NCBI GenBank assembly: GCA_964605355.1
Contig: CAZSCE010000003.1
Location: 1-55,667, forward strand
Length of the DNA: 55,667 nucleotides
Direction: 5' to 3'
Source of the DNA: an uncultured Candidatus Saccharibacteria bacterium
GTDB taxonomy: Bacteria; Patescibacteriota; Minisyncoccia; Phycocordibacterales; GWA1-40-21
Positions 34,423-42,882 of this stretch are shown here, piece after piece. The position numbers and the translations under genes were made by a program. The first letter of the stretch is position 1, and the number at the start of each line of letters is the position of its first letter. A model generated the notes under the pieces. That model was not told the origin of the DNA. It searched no databases and was given only the letters and a program-made list of their open reading frames with translations.

Positions 34423-34587
34423 AAGCGGATTATTATTCCTCATAATAACTGCGCGTTGGATGTGCGTCGGCAACTCCGGAAGGACCTCGGAAAAGGCTGG
34501 CGCTTCAAGAAGACGAGTGGTGGCGGGGATCCCTTGATTGAGTATAAGGGAAAGATCAAACCTTGCGTGTATTGTCAACATCGTTAG
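34423..34587 (+). other. GC-rich unit: ORF remnant without ATG (HxxC...CxxC) or structured RNA
   Basis: Open frame KRIIIPHNNCALDVRRQLRKDLGKGWRFKKTSGGGDPLIEYKGKIKPCVYCQHR*; also long-range pairing ACCTCGG/CCGAGGT; terminator follows. Confidence 0.4.
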
Positions 34588-34603
34588 CCGAGGTGGGGTT
34601 ACG

Positions 34604-34635
34604 GAGCGCTGTTCACGGGAACAGCGCTTCTTTTT
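34604..34635 (+). terminator. Intrinsic terminator
   Basis: AGCGCTGTTC-ACGG-GAACAGCGCT-TCTTTTT. Confidence 0.85.
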
Positions 34636-34637
34636 AA

Positions 34638-34666
34638 TTGACAAAATATGGTTTTTGCGGTATTGT
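34638..34666 (+). promoter_or_regulatory. sigma70-type promoter for the GIY-YIG gene
   Basis: TTGACA-N17-TATTGT. Confidence 0.7.
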
Positions 34667-34730
34667 CTGTGCGGACAAGGGACGGGTAGAACAAAAAAGA
34701 AAAACAAAAAACAAGAGAAAGAGGTGGAGA

Positions 34731-35174
34731 ATGAGCAAGGCCAAGTTGACGGCAATGGTTACAAGCTTTGGGACCAAGATGAATATCGGTGGCCTAGTCT
34801 TTGAAAAGGCCGGAGAGTTTATCTTTAAGATGGGTTGCCTCCTGGCGAACATTGGCTGGTCCGAAAGCAAGCACCAGCACTTTGTGTATGCCCACGTGGT
34901 GGCGGGCCGGGTGGTGTATGTGGGGGAGTCATCACGTACTCTTCTGAACCGGATGTATTTATACATCACCCATAAGGGTTCTACCAATGTCCGGGTTCGC
35001 ACAGCACACATTGCTGATCTGCAGGCCGGGCAAAAGGTGGAGATCTACTTCTACAAACCCCAGGCGGTGCTGATTGACGGCGTACTCAGCGTGAATCCCT
35101 ACATAGGGGTGGAGCAGGCCCTGATCAGCAAGCTCAAGCCGATATTGAACAGAAAGGATGTTGGCGCCAAGTGA
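34731..35174 (+). CDS. GIY-YIG endonuclease, T4 endonuclease II-like
   Basis: FVYA....G.VVYVGES...L..R...Y, L..G.KVEIY, E..LI..LKP.LN; SD GAGGTGG before ATG 34731. Confidence 0.75.
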   Translation: MSKAKLTAMVTSFGTKMNIGGLVFEKAGEFIFKMGCLLANIGWSESKHQHFVYAHVVAGRVVYVGESSRTLLNRMYLYITHKGSTNVRVRTAHIADLQAGQKVEIYFYKPQAVLIDGVLSVNPYIGVEQALISKLKPILNRKDVGAK

Positions 35175-35190
35175 CCTTTATCTGACTGTG

Positions 35191-35230
35191 ATCCCCAAGT
35201 GTGTTACGGAACACACTTGGGGATTTTCTT
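35191..35230 (+). terminator. Intrinsic terminator
   Basis: ATCCCCAAGTGTGTT-ACGG-AACACACTTGGGGAT-TTTCTT. Confidence 0.85.
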
Positions 35231-35369
35231 ATATTTGTATTCTCCCTTGGGGACTGGTGGCGGGGAAGGGGCCTTTGTGATATACTAGCAGGGTCGTTTA
35301 TTTATAAGTTTATTAGCTTTAATTAGTCCTAAATCAAAATATTAATTTTGACCGGACAAAAACAAAAAT

Positions 35370-35621
35370 ATGGCAGAGAAAAAAGTGTCAGCATTTATGC
35401 AACCAAAGAACTTGAGCGCCGAGTTAGAAGCAGTAGTGGGTAAGGGCCCAATGCCTCGCTCAGAAATTGTGAAGAAACTTTGGGTTTACATCAAGGGTAA
35501 TAATCTCCAGGATACCAAGGATAAGAGAATGATTAACTGTGATGCTAAATTAAAGCCAATTTTTGGTAACTCCGTTCATATGATGAAAATGGCCGGTTTT
35601 ATTTCCAAGCATATTTCCTAA
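35370..35621 (+). CDS. SWIB/MDM2 domain protein
   Basis: S.EL..VVG..PM.R.E.VKKLW.YIK.N.LQD..DKR.IN.DAKLK.IFG. Confidence 0.92.
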   Translation: MAEKKVSAFMQPKNLSAELEAVVGKGPMPRSEIVKKLWVYIKGNNLQDTKDKRMINCDAKLKPIFGNSVHMMKMAGFISKHIS

Positions 35622-35709
35622 ATCTATAAAAAAAGAGAGCAAAATAATCTATTTCAAAAAATACTCGCTATCCGCGGGTATTTTTTGTTTTTTATGCTAA
35701 GATATATAG

Positions 35710-37419
35710 ATGATAAAGGAACAGATAATAGATTTAATAAAAAAGGCGGTGAGGGAAATGGGTATTAAAGAAGGGGAGATGCCGGTTTTTACCTTGGAGC
35801 ATCCGGATATTATGAGCCAGGGGGATTTTGCCACCAATGTGGCCTTGATGCTTTCCAAACCATTAAAAAAGGCGCCGGTAGAAATTGCTAAACAAATCCT
35901 TGAGATTTTAAATAAAAATAAAACGGCAGAGCTAGAAAAAATAGAGGTAGCCGGACCGGGTTTTATAAATTTCTTTTTAGCACCTAAATATTTTACCACC
36001 GGTGTTAAAGATATTATAAATCAGGGAGAAAATTTTGGTGGGAGTAAGGAAGGCTTTTTAAGTAAATTATTTAAAAATAAACAGACGGTGATTGTAGAGT
36101 ATTCCTCACCGAATATTGCCAAGCCTTTTACGGTGGGGCATTTACGCTCCACTATTATTGGTGATGCAGTGGCAAATATTTTAGAATTTACCGGGAAAAA
36201 AGTGGTTCGGGATAATCACCTGGGTGATTGGGGGACGCAGTTTGGTAAATTAATTGTGGCTTTGAAGAAATGGTCCAGCATTGAAGTTATAGAAAAATCT
36301 GAGAAACCAATTAAGGATTTGGTGGATTTATATGTGAAATTTCATGATGAAGCGGAAAAGGATAAAACTTTAGAGGATGAGGCGAGGGGCTGGTTTACTA
36401 AATTAGAAACAGGGGATAAGGAGGCGCGGGATATTTGGCAAAAGTGCGTGGCGCTTTCCCTGGTGGAATTTAAAAGAATTTATGATGTGCTAGGGGTAAA
36501 ATTTGATACGGAATATGGCGAGAGCTTTTATGAAGACAAGATGGCTGATGTGATAAAGGATGTAAAGAAAGCGGGGGTAGCCCGGGAGAGTGAAGGGGCT
36601 TATTTAATTTTCTTTAGGGATGAAAAATATCCGCCATTGATGCTTTTGAAAAGTGACGGTTCCTCCCTATACGCCTTGCGTGATTTGGCCGCGGATAAAT
36701 GGCGTAAGAAAAAATATGGTAGAGATACTATTATTATAAATGAAGTGGGGATGGAGCAGGAATTACAATTTCAGCAACTTTTTGAAGCGGAAAAATTATT
36801 GGGCTATGTGAAAGACGGGGAGCGGGTGCATGTGGCTCATGGATTTTATCGTTTCAAGGAAGGGAAAATGAGCACCAGAAAAGGAAATGTGATTTGGCTG
36901 GATGACGTAATTAACGAAGCGGTAGAGCGCGCCGGACAAATAAATAAAGACACGGCAGAAATTGTGGCCATGGGGGCGCTTAAATTTAATGATTTGAAGC
37001 GCGAGGCCCGGGGTGATATTAATTTTGATTGGGATGAGATTTTAAATTTAAAAGGGGATTCCGGGCCGTATTTACAATATGCTTGTGTGCGGGCTAAATC
37101 TATTTTAGAAAAAGCTAAAAAAGAAGAAGTATCTGGAAATGTATCTGGTTTAGATAATATAGTATTAGGAGAGTTACCAAAATTATTAGTGAGATTTCCG
37201 GAAATTGTGGAGCGAGCGGGCAGGGAGTATGCACCACATTATTTAGCTACTTATTTAACCGAACTGGCTTCCACATTTAGTACTTTTTATGCAGCGCAAA
37301 CTATTGTGGATAAAAATGATAAGGGATCCGGAGCACGCGTGGCTTTGGTCCAGGCTTTTTCTATTGTCATGAAAAATGGCCTCAAACTATTGGGAATAAA
37401 AGTGCCGGAGAAAATGTAG
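35710..37419 (+). CDS. argS: Arginine--tRNA ligase
   Basis: GDFATN, AGPGFINF, EYSSPNIAK.F.VGHLRS, GDWGTQFG, KMSTRKG, GPYLQYA. Confidence 0.98.
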   Translation: MIKEQIIDLIKKAVREMGIKEGEMPVFTLEHPDIMSQGDFATNVALMLSKPLKKAPVEIAKQILEILNKNKTAELEKIEVAGPGFINFFLAPKYFTTGVKDIINQGENFGGSKEGFLSKLFKNKQTVIVEYSSPNIAKPFTVGHLRSTIIGDAVANILEFTGKKVVRDNHLGDWGTQFGKLIVALKKWSSIEVIEKSEKPIKDLVDLYVKFHDEAEKDKTLEDEARGWFTKLETGDKEARDIWQKCVALSLVEFKRIYDVLGVKFDTEYGESFYEDKMADVIKDVKKAGVARESEGAYLIFFRDEKYPPLMLLKSDGSSLYALRDLAADKWRKKKYGRDTIIINEVGMEQELQFQQLFEAEKLLGYVKDGERVHVAHGFYRFKEGKMSTRKGNVIWLDDVINEAVERAGQINKDTAEIVAMGALKFNDLKREARGDINFDWDEILNLKGDSGPYLQYACVRAKSILEKAKKEEVSGNVSGLDNIVLGELPKLLVRFPEIVERAGREYAPHYLATYLTELASTFSTFYAAQTIVDKNDKGSGARVALVQAFSIVMKNGLKLLGIKVPEKM

Positions 37420-37527
37420 GTTTTATCCACAGGCTTATTTTGTGACGTATCTGTATAGTTGTGTTATTTCCATATTTGTGGTATAAATTTAGGCAGAAAA
37501 ATAAACGCTTTACGAAAGGAGAGTTGT

Positions 37528-37776
37528 TTGAAAGGGTCTTTAAAAGATGATCAATATCGGTTGAAGCATGGGCTCAACAGGAAAATCAGAGTGTGGGTAC
37601 CAGAGCCATGTGTCCCTAAGGTAAGGGATCATTTCGAGGGGGCGGTTTTGGTCATTGGGCCACCGCCGGCGGGAGATACGGGTATGCATTCCTTAGAAAG
37701 GAACGGTTGGGCAAAACATCCACATTGCCCAGAGTTTGCTAAGAGAAGGCTTCAGAGGAAAGTGTGGAGACAGTAG
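37528..37776 (+). CDS. Orphan hypothetical protein (probable TTG start)
   Basis: SD GAAAGGAG upstream of TTG 37528; higher GC than flanks. Confidence 0.45.
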   Translation: MKGSLKDDQYRLKHGLNRKIRVWVPEPCVPKVRDHFEGAVLVIGPPPAGDTGMHSLERNGWAKHPHCPEFAKRRLQRKVWRQ

Positions 37777-37809
37777 TATGGTGTGTTCATGTGACGAGAG
37801 GAGAGGGAA

Positions 37810-37950
37810 ATGAAGATCAATAGCCCTTCAGACTTGCGACGGAAGCAGGAAAGGTGGGCAAAAGCTCGCGAGGGAGAGTGGAAGCCAGAGTGGTGGATCC
37901 TCATCTTCGTGTTGGCGCTTGTGGCTGCGGTTGTGGCCCGCGCTCTCTGA
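37810..37950 (+). CDS. 46-aa small protein with a C-terminal TM helix
   Basis: MKINSPSDLRRKQERWAKAREGEWKPEWWILIFVLALVAAVVARAL; SD GAGGAG; terminator at 37977-38017. Confidence 0.55.
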   Translation: MKINSPSDLRRKQERWAKAREGEWKPEWWILIFVLALVAAVVARAL

Positions 37951-38066
37951 AACGGGGTTTAGGACCAAGCAAATACGCCACCCAAAACACGCAAGTGTGC
38001 TGGGTGGCTATTTTTTTGCCTAATTTTGCCTAAACTGATACAATAAAAACTTATAATATTAACGTT

Positions 38067-41000
38067 ATGAGTGAAGAAAATAACAAAAGCCCCAGAGCCC
38101 AAAAGGAAGAGCAGACTTTAAAATTCTGGCAAGATAATAATATCTTTCAAAAAAGTCTGGACAAAGAATCACCAAAAGGTGAATATATTTTTTATGATGG
38201 GCCACCTTTTGCCACCGGGACACCCCACTACGGGCATTTATTGGCTGGTACAATTAAAGATTATGTTGGCCGTTATCAAACTATGAAAGGGCATCATGTG
38301 CCCAGACGCTGGGGCTGGGATTGTCATGGCTTACCAGTAGAAAATATTGTTGAAAAAGAATTAAATTTAAAAACTAGAAAAGATATTGAAGAATATGGTA
38401 TTGAAAAGTTTAATGAAAAAGCGCGCGCTAGTGTTTTAACTTATGTGGATGACTGGAAAAAGATAGTGCCCCGGATGGGCCGTTTTGTGGATATGGAAAA
38501 TGATTACCGGACCATGGACTCTTCCTTTACGGAAACTGTTTGGTGGATTTTTAATAAATTAAATAATAAGGGCTATGTGTATGAAGGTTTTAAATCCATG
38601 CACTTCTGTCCGCGCTGTGAGACCACGCTCTCAAACTTTGAAGTAAATCTGGGCTACAGAGATATTACGGATATTTCTGTGACGGTAAAATTTGCCGTGA
38701 CGGGGGAGGCTAATACTTTTTTTCTGGCCTGGACCACTACGCCTTGGACTTTGCCTGGTAATGTGGCTTTGGCTGTAGGTCCGGAAATTGATTATGTAAA
38801 AATAAAAGTGCAGGCTACGGGAGAAAATTATATTTTAGCTAAATCACGCTTGGCCATAATAAAAGATGATTACGCCATTGTGGAGGAATTTAAGGGGGAG
38901 AAAATAATTGGTAAATCATACCGCCCGGTTTTTGATTATTACAATAATAAGGAAACCAAAAATATTGAGAATGGTTTCAAGGTTTATGGGGCCGCTTTTG
39001 TCACTACGGAGGATGGTACGGGTATGGTGCATATTGCGCCAGCGTTTGGTGAAGATGATATGACTCTTGGTAAGGAAAATAATTTACCTTTTATTCAACA
39101 TGTGGGCACGGATGGTAAATTTAAACCAGAGGTAAAAGATTTCCCCGGAGTCAGTGTCAAGCCAAAAGATAATAAAGAAACCGGGGAGGATCATCAGTCC
39201 ACAGATATTTTGATTATAAAATATTTAGCTGGCAAGGGAGCTCTGTTTGCCAAGGAAAAATTAATTCACTCTTATCCACACTGCTGGCGCTGTGAGACCC
39301 CGCTGTTAAATTACGCTTCTTCCTCTTGGTTTGTAGAGGTGAGTAAGTTTAGAGATAAATTAGTAAAAGCAAATAAAAGTATAAATTGGGTGCCGGCGGA
39401 TATTAAAGAAGGGCGGTTTGGTAAGTGGCTGGAAGGCGCTCGTGATTGGGCTATTTCTCGTTCCCGTTTTTGGGGCGCACCCTTACCAGTTTGGCGCTGT
39501 GATAAATGTGCCAAGAAAGAATTTATTGGTTCCGTGGAGGATATAAAAAAGAAGACTAGCCAGAAAAATAATTTATATGTTATTCGTCATGGTGAGGCGG
39601 ATAATAATGTGTTAGGGATAATCAGCTCTGATCCCAAGCGTGGGCATCACCTGACGGAGCGGGGGAGAGATCAAGTAAAAGAAGCGGCGGAGAAATTAAA
39701 AGCCAAGAAAATTGATTTGGTTTACGTCTCACCTTTTGTTCGGACCCAGGAGACAGCTAAAATAGTGGCTGATGTTTTAAATATTTCAGCAGATAAGGTG
39801 GTTACTGATGACCGAATTCATGAGGTGTATGCCGGGGAGCTGGATGGTAAAACTGATGCCGAATATCAGCGTTTCTTTGAATCTAGAATGGAAAAATTTG
39901 ATAAAACGCCACAAGGTGGGGAGAATTATACAATGATAAAAAATCGCATGACGGATTTTGTCTATGATATAAATTCTAAAAATGCTGGGAAAAATATTTT
40001 GATTATTACGCACAACACCCCCTCCTGGCTGATGTTTTCCGGGGCCTTGGGCTTGACGCCAAAGCAAGCAATAGAGCTTCGTCATGAATCACATGATTTT
40101 ATAAAAAATTCTGAGGTGAAAGAATTACCTTTTGCCCCTATTCCCCATAATCATAATTATGAACTGGATTTACACCGCCCCTTTATTGATGAAATAACTT
40201 TTGCTTGTGACTGTAATCAGGGTGGGGTGATGAAAAGAGTGCCAGAGGTATTTGACTGCTGGTTTGAATCCGGCTCCATGCCTTTTTCTCAGTCCCATTA
40301 TCCATTTGAAAATCTAGATAAATTTAATCCAGACCCCGGTTTTTTTAGGAAGAGTGTGGGTTTCCCGGCAGAATTTATTGGTGAAGGCTTGGATCAAACT
40401 CGTGGCTGGTTTTATTCTATGTTGGTTTTGTCCGTGGCTTTATTTGGAAAATCTTCATATAAAAATGTGGTGGTAAATGGTTTAGCTTTAGCCTTAGACG
40501 GTAAAAAAATGTCAAAAAGTTTGAAAAATTATCCTGACCCCATGATTGTGGTGGATAAATATTCCGCTGATGCCCTGCGCTATTATTTGCTTTCCTCGCC
40601 GGTGGTAAGAGCGGAAGATCTATGTTTTATGGAAGAAGGGGTAGATGAGATTCAGAAAAAAGTAATCATGCGCCTGGATAACGTGCATTCATTTTATGAA
40701 ATGTACAGTCAAAATATTTCCGTGCCGGTGAAAAACTTTGTGCCAAATTCTTCAAATATTTTGGATCAATGGATTTTAGCCAGATTAAAGGGTGTGGTTT
40801 TTGAAGTTACCAAGGCCTCAGATAATTATGAAATGGATCGGGCCACCCGGCCAATACTTGATTTTGTGGACGACCTTTCTACTTGGTATTTGCGCCGTTC
40901 TCGTGATCGTTTTAAAGGCACTGATGTGGCTGATAAAAATCAAGCCATCAGCACCAGCCGGTTTGTATTAGAGGAATTAGCCAAGGTGATGGCTCCCATT

Positions 41001-41606
41001 ATGCCTTTTTATGCCGAGGACCTATATCAAAAAGTAAAATCTTTTGACGGCAAGGAAAGCGTGCATTTAGCGTCCTGGCCGGAGGCGGTAAAGCCAAATT
41101 CCGCGGATGAGAAAATAATTATAAATATGGCCGAGACCAGGAAAATAGTATCTCTAGGTTTAGAAGCCAGATCAAAAGCTAATATAAAAGTCCGTCAGCC
41201 ATTATTAAAATTAAAAATTAAGGATACTAAATTAAGGGTAACAGACAGCGAAAAATATCTGGATTTAATTAAGGATGAAGTAAATATAAAAGAGGTAGTT
41301 ATAGATGAGTCCATCACGGAGCCGGTGGAGCTCGATCTAAATATTACTGGTGAGCTCAAAGAAGAGGGAAATGTGCGCGAGCTCACCCGCGGTATTCAGG
41401 AATTGAGGAAACAAGAGAAACTGAGCCCGTCAGATATTGTAAATTTAAAAATTAAAACTGATAAAGTTGGTCAGGATCTGATTAAAAAGTTTGAGGCTGA
41501 AATTAAAAAAACAACTTTGTTAAAGAATCTTTATTTAGAGGAGTTTGAAGGGGGAACGGTAGTAAAAGTAGAGGAAACTAATTTTGAATTAAAAATAAGT
41601 AAATGA
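38067..41606 (+). CDS. ileS: Isoleucine--tRNA ligase (type 2) with an inserted histidine-phosphatase domain
   Basis: FYDGPPFATG.PHYGH, WTTTPWTLPGN, DWAISR.RFWG, GLDQTRGWFY, KMSKS; RHG domain at about 39565-40130. Confidence 0.97.
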   Translation: MSEENNKSPRAQKEEQTLKFWQDNNIFQKSLDKESPKGEYIFYDGPPFATGTPHYGHLLAGTIKDYVGRYQTMKGHHVPRRWGWDCHGLPVENIVEKELNLKTRKDIEEYGIEKFNEKARASVLTYVDDWKKIVPRMGRFVDMENDYRTMDSSFTETVWWIFNKLNNKGYVYEGFKSMHFCPRCETTLSNFEVNLGYRDITDISVTVKFAVTGEANTFFLAWTTTPWTLPGNVALAVGPEIDYVKIKVQATGENYILAKSRLAIIKDDYAIVEEFKGEKIIGKSYRPVFDYYNNKETKNIENGFKVYGAAFVTTEDGTGMVHIAPAFGEDDMTLGKENNLPFIQHVGTDGKFKPEVKDFPGVSVKPKDNKETGEDHQSTDILIIKYLAGKGALFAKEKLIHSYPHCWRCETPLLNYASSSWFVEVSKFRDKLVKANKSINWVPADIKEGRFGKWLEGARDWAISRSRFWGAPLPVWRCDKCAKKEFIGSVEDIKKKTSQKNNLYVIRHGEADNNVLGIISSDPKRGHHLTERGRDQVKEAAEKLKAKKIDLVYVSPFVRTQETAKIVADVLNISADKVVTDDRIHEVYAGELDGKTDAEYQRFFESRMEKFDKTPQGGENYTMIKNRMTDFVYDINSKNAGKNILIITHNTPSWLMFSGALGLTPKQAIELRHESHDFIKNSEVKELPFAPIPHNHNYELDLHRPFIDEITFACDCNQGGVMKRVPEVFDCWFESGSMPFSQSHYPFENLDKFNPDPGFFRKSVGFPAEFIGEGLDQTRGWFYSMLVLSVALFGKSSYKNVVVNGLALALDGKKMSKSLKNYPDPMIVVDKYSADALRYYLLSSPVVRAEDLCFMEEGVDEIQKKVIMRLDNVHSFYEMYSQNISVPVKNFVPNSSNILDQWILARLKGVVFEVTKASDNYEMDRATRPILDFVDDLSTWYLRRSRDRFKGTDVADKNQAISTSRFVLEELAKVMAPIMPFYAEDLYQKVKSFDGKESVHLASWPEAVKPNSADEKIIINMAETRKIVSLGLEARSKANIKVRQPLLKLKIKDTKLRVTDSEKYLDLIKDEVNIKEVVIDESITEPVELDLNITGELKEEGNVRELTRGIQELRKQEKLSPSDIVNLKIKTDKVGQDLIKKFEAEIKKTTLLKNLYLEEFEGGTVVKVEETNFELKISK

Positions 41607-42223
41607 AAGCCAAGAAGAAAGTAATCCTTGTGCCTGGTTTCGGCGGCTATGCTGAGAGTGGTTGGCCCCGATGGCTGGAGGGGGAATTCATTAAAAATGG
41701 TTTTGATTTTAGTTATTTAGAGATGCCAAATATTATGAGCCCACAAATTTCTGAGTGGATGGCTTTTTTGAAGAGTAAAAAAATTATAGTAAATAGAAAT
41801 ACTTATTTTATTGGCCACAGCCTAGGTTGTATTACTATTGCTAGGTTTTTAGAGACCTTGCCCAAAACAGCTGTGGCTGGGGGTTGTGTTTTTGTGGCGG
41901 GCTTTTGTTCTATACCTAAAATACCATTAATTTCAGATTTTTGTAGTCTACCTTTGGATTTTTTAAAAGTTAAGGAGCATGCTCAGGAATTTGTGACGAT
42001 TTTATCTAACAATGACACTTTTGTCTCTAGACAGCTTAGTGAAGAGTTGGCGGGGAAATTAAGCGCAAGAGTTATTGTGGAGAATAAAAAAGGACATTTT
42101 TTATCTAATGTAAAAGAATTAGACAGCGTTTTAAATACTATTTTAGAGATGGAGCAGATGAAAGTGGAGAAAAAAGAAATTAGTAATTTTAGAAAATTTA
42201 AACTTAAAAGTAAGAAAGGGTAA
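41603..42223 (+). CDS. RBBP9/YdeN family alpha/beta hydrolase
   Basis: W..WL...., GHSLGC nucleophile elbow, S.ND..V, GHF. Confidence 0.88.
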   Translation: MKAKKKVILVPGFGGYAESGWPRWLEGEFIKNGFDFSYLEMPNIMSPQISEWMAFLKSKKIIVNRNTYFIGHSLGCITIARFLETLPKTAVAGGCVFVAGFCSIPKIPLISDFCSLPLDFLKVKEHAQEFVTILSNNDTFVSRQLSEELAGKLSARVIVENKKGHFLSNVKELDSVLNTILEMEQMKVEKKEISNFRKFKLKSKKG

Positions 42224-42226
42224 AAT

Positions 42227-42814
42227 ATGCATACTATTTATACTACAGATAGCTTCATATTAAAAAGTATAAATTTTGGAGAAGCCAATAAATATTATTT
42301 TATTTTTACTCAGGAATTTGGTCTGATCAGGGTGGCCGCCCAGGGCGTGCGCCATTTAAAATCTAAATTACGTTATGGACTGAGCGATTTTTCTTTTTGC
42401 CAAGTGTCCGTAGTAAGAGGAAAAGAAATATGGCGCTTGACTGGTGCAGAAAAGAAATTAGATTTAAAAGATCAGGATAAATTATTACTCCTGTCGCGTA
42501 TATTTTCCTTGCTTTTACGTTTGCTTCACGGTGAAGAAAGAAATGATAAATTGTTCGAGGTTGTAAAAGAAGGAATGGTGTTTTTAAATAATTATTTAGA
42601 TAATAATTCTAAAAAAGAAGAGGATTTGGCTAATTTTGAATGTATTATTGCCTTACGTATTCTCTCAGCCTTGGGTTATATTGGTAAGCTGGGGGAGTTT
42701 GATCAATTTACCACTTCACCTTATTTTAGCCCCGAACTTTTAGCTAATATGTCCACCCTTAAATCCCGGGCTATTTTAGAAATCAATAAATCCCTACAAG
42801 AAACTCATTTGTAA
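42227..42814 (+). CDS. recO: DNA repair protein RecO (short form)
   Basis: GEANK...FT...GLI...AQGVR.LKSKLR..L N-terminal OB fold; L..LGY. Confidence 0.8.
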   Translation: MHTIYTTDSFILKSINFGEANKYYFIFTQEFGLIRVAAQGVRHLKSKLRYGLSDFSFCQVSVVRGKEIWRLTGAEKKLDLKDQDKLLLLSRIFSLLLRLLHGEERNDKLFEVVKEGMVFLNNYLDNNSKKEEDLANFECIIALRILSALGYIGKLGEFDQFTTSPYFSPELLANMSTLKSRAILEINKSLQETHL

Positions 42815-42882
42815 TCCCTGCGCTTTTCTTAAGAGGGGGCTGGGGGCTGGTTTGGTATTAAAAATATGGTATAATTCTTTCT

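Noticed and set aside
34470-34495. SRP RNA (TCCGGAAGGA resembles the SRP domain IV loop)
   Set aside because: The flanking CAGG and AGCAG internal-loop motifs are absent.
34405-35011. ORFs 34405-34755 (-), 34538-34804 (+) and 34634-35011 (-)
   Set aside because: They cross a terminator and promoter or lie antisense to the GIY-YIG gene, and have low-complexity translations.
32460-35260. Prophage or integrative element
   Set aside because: No integrase, transposase, phage structural genes or att-like direct repeats seen; treated as an accessory islet only.
37423-37431. Replication origin suggested by TTATCCACA
   Set aside because: Only one intergenic perfect box here (one near-match at about 32493); no cluster and no dnaA/dnaN nearby.
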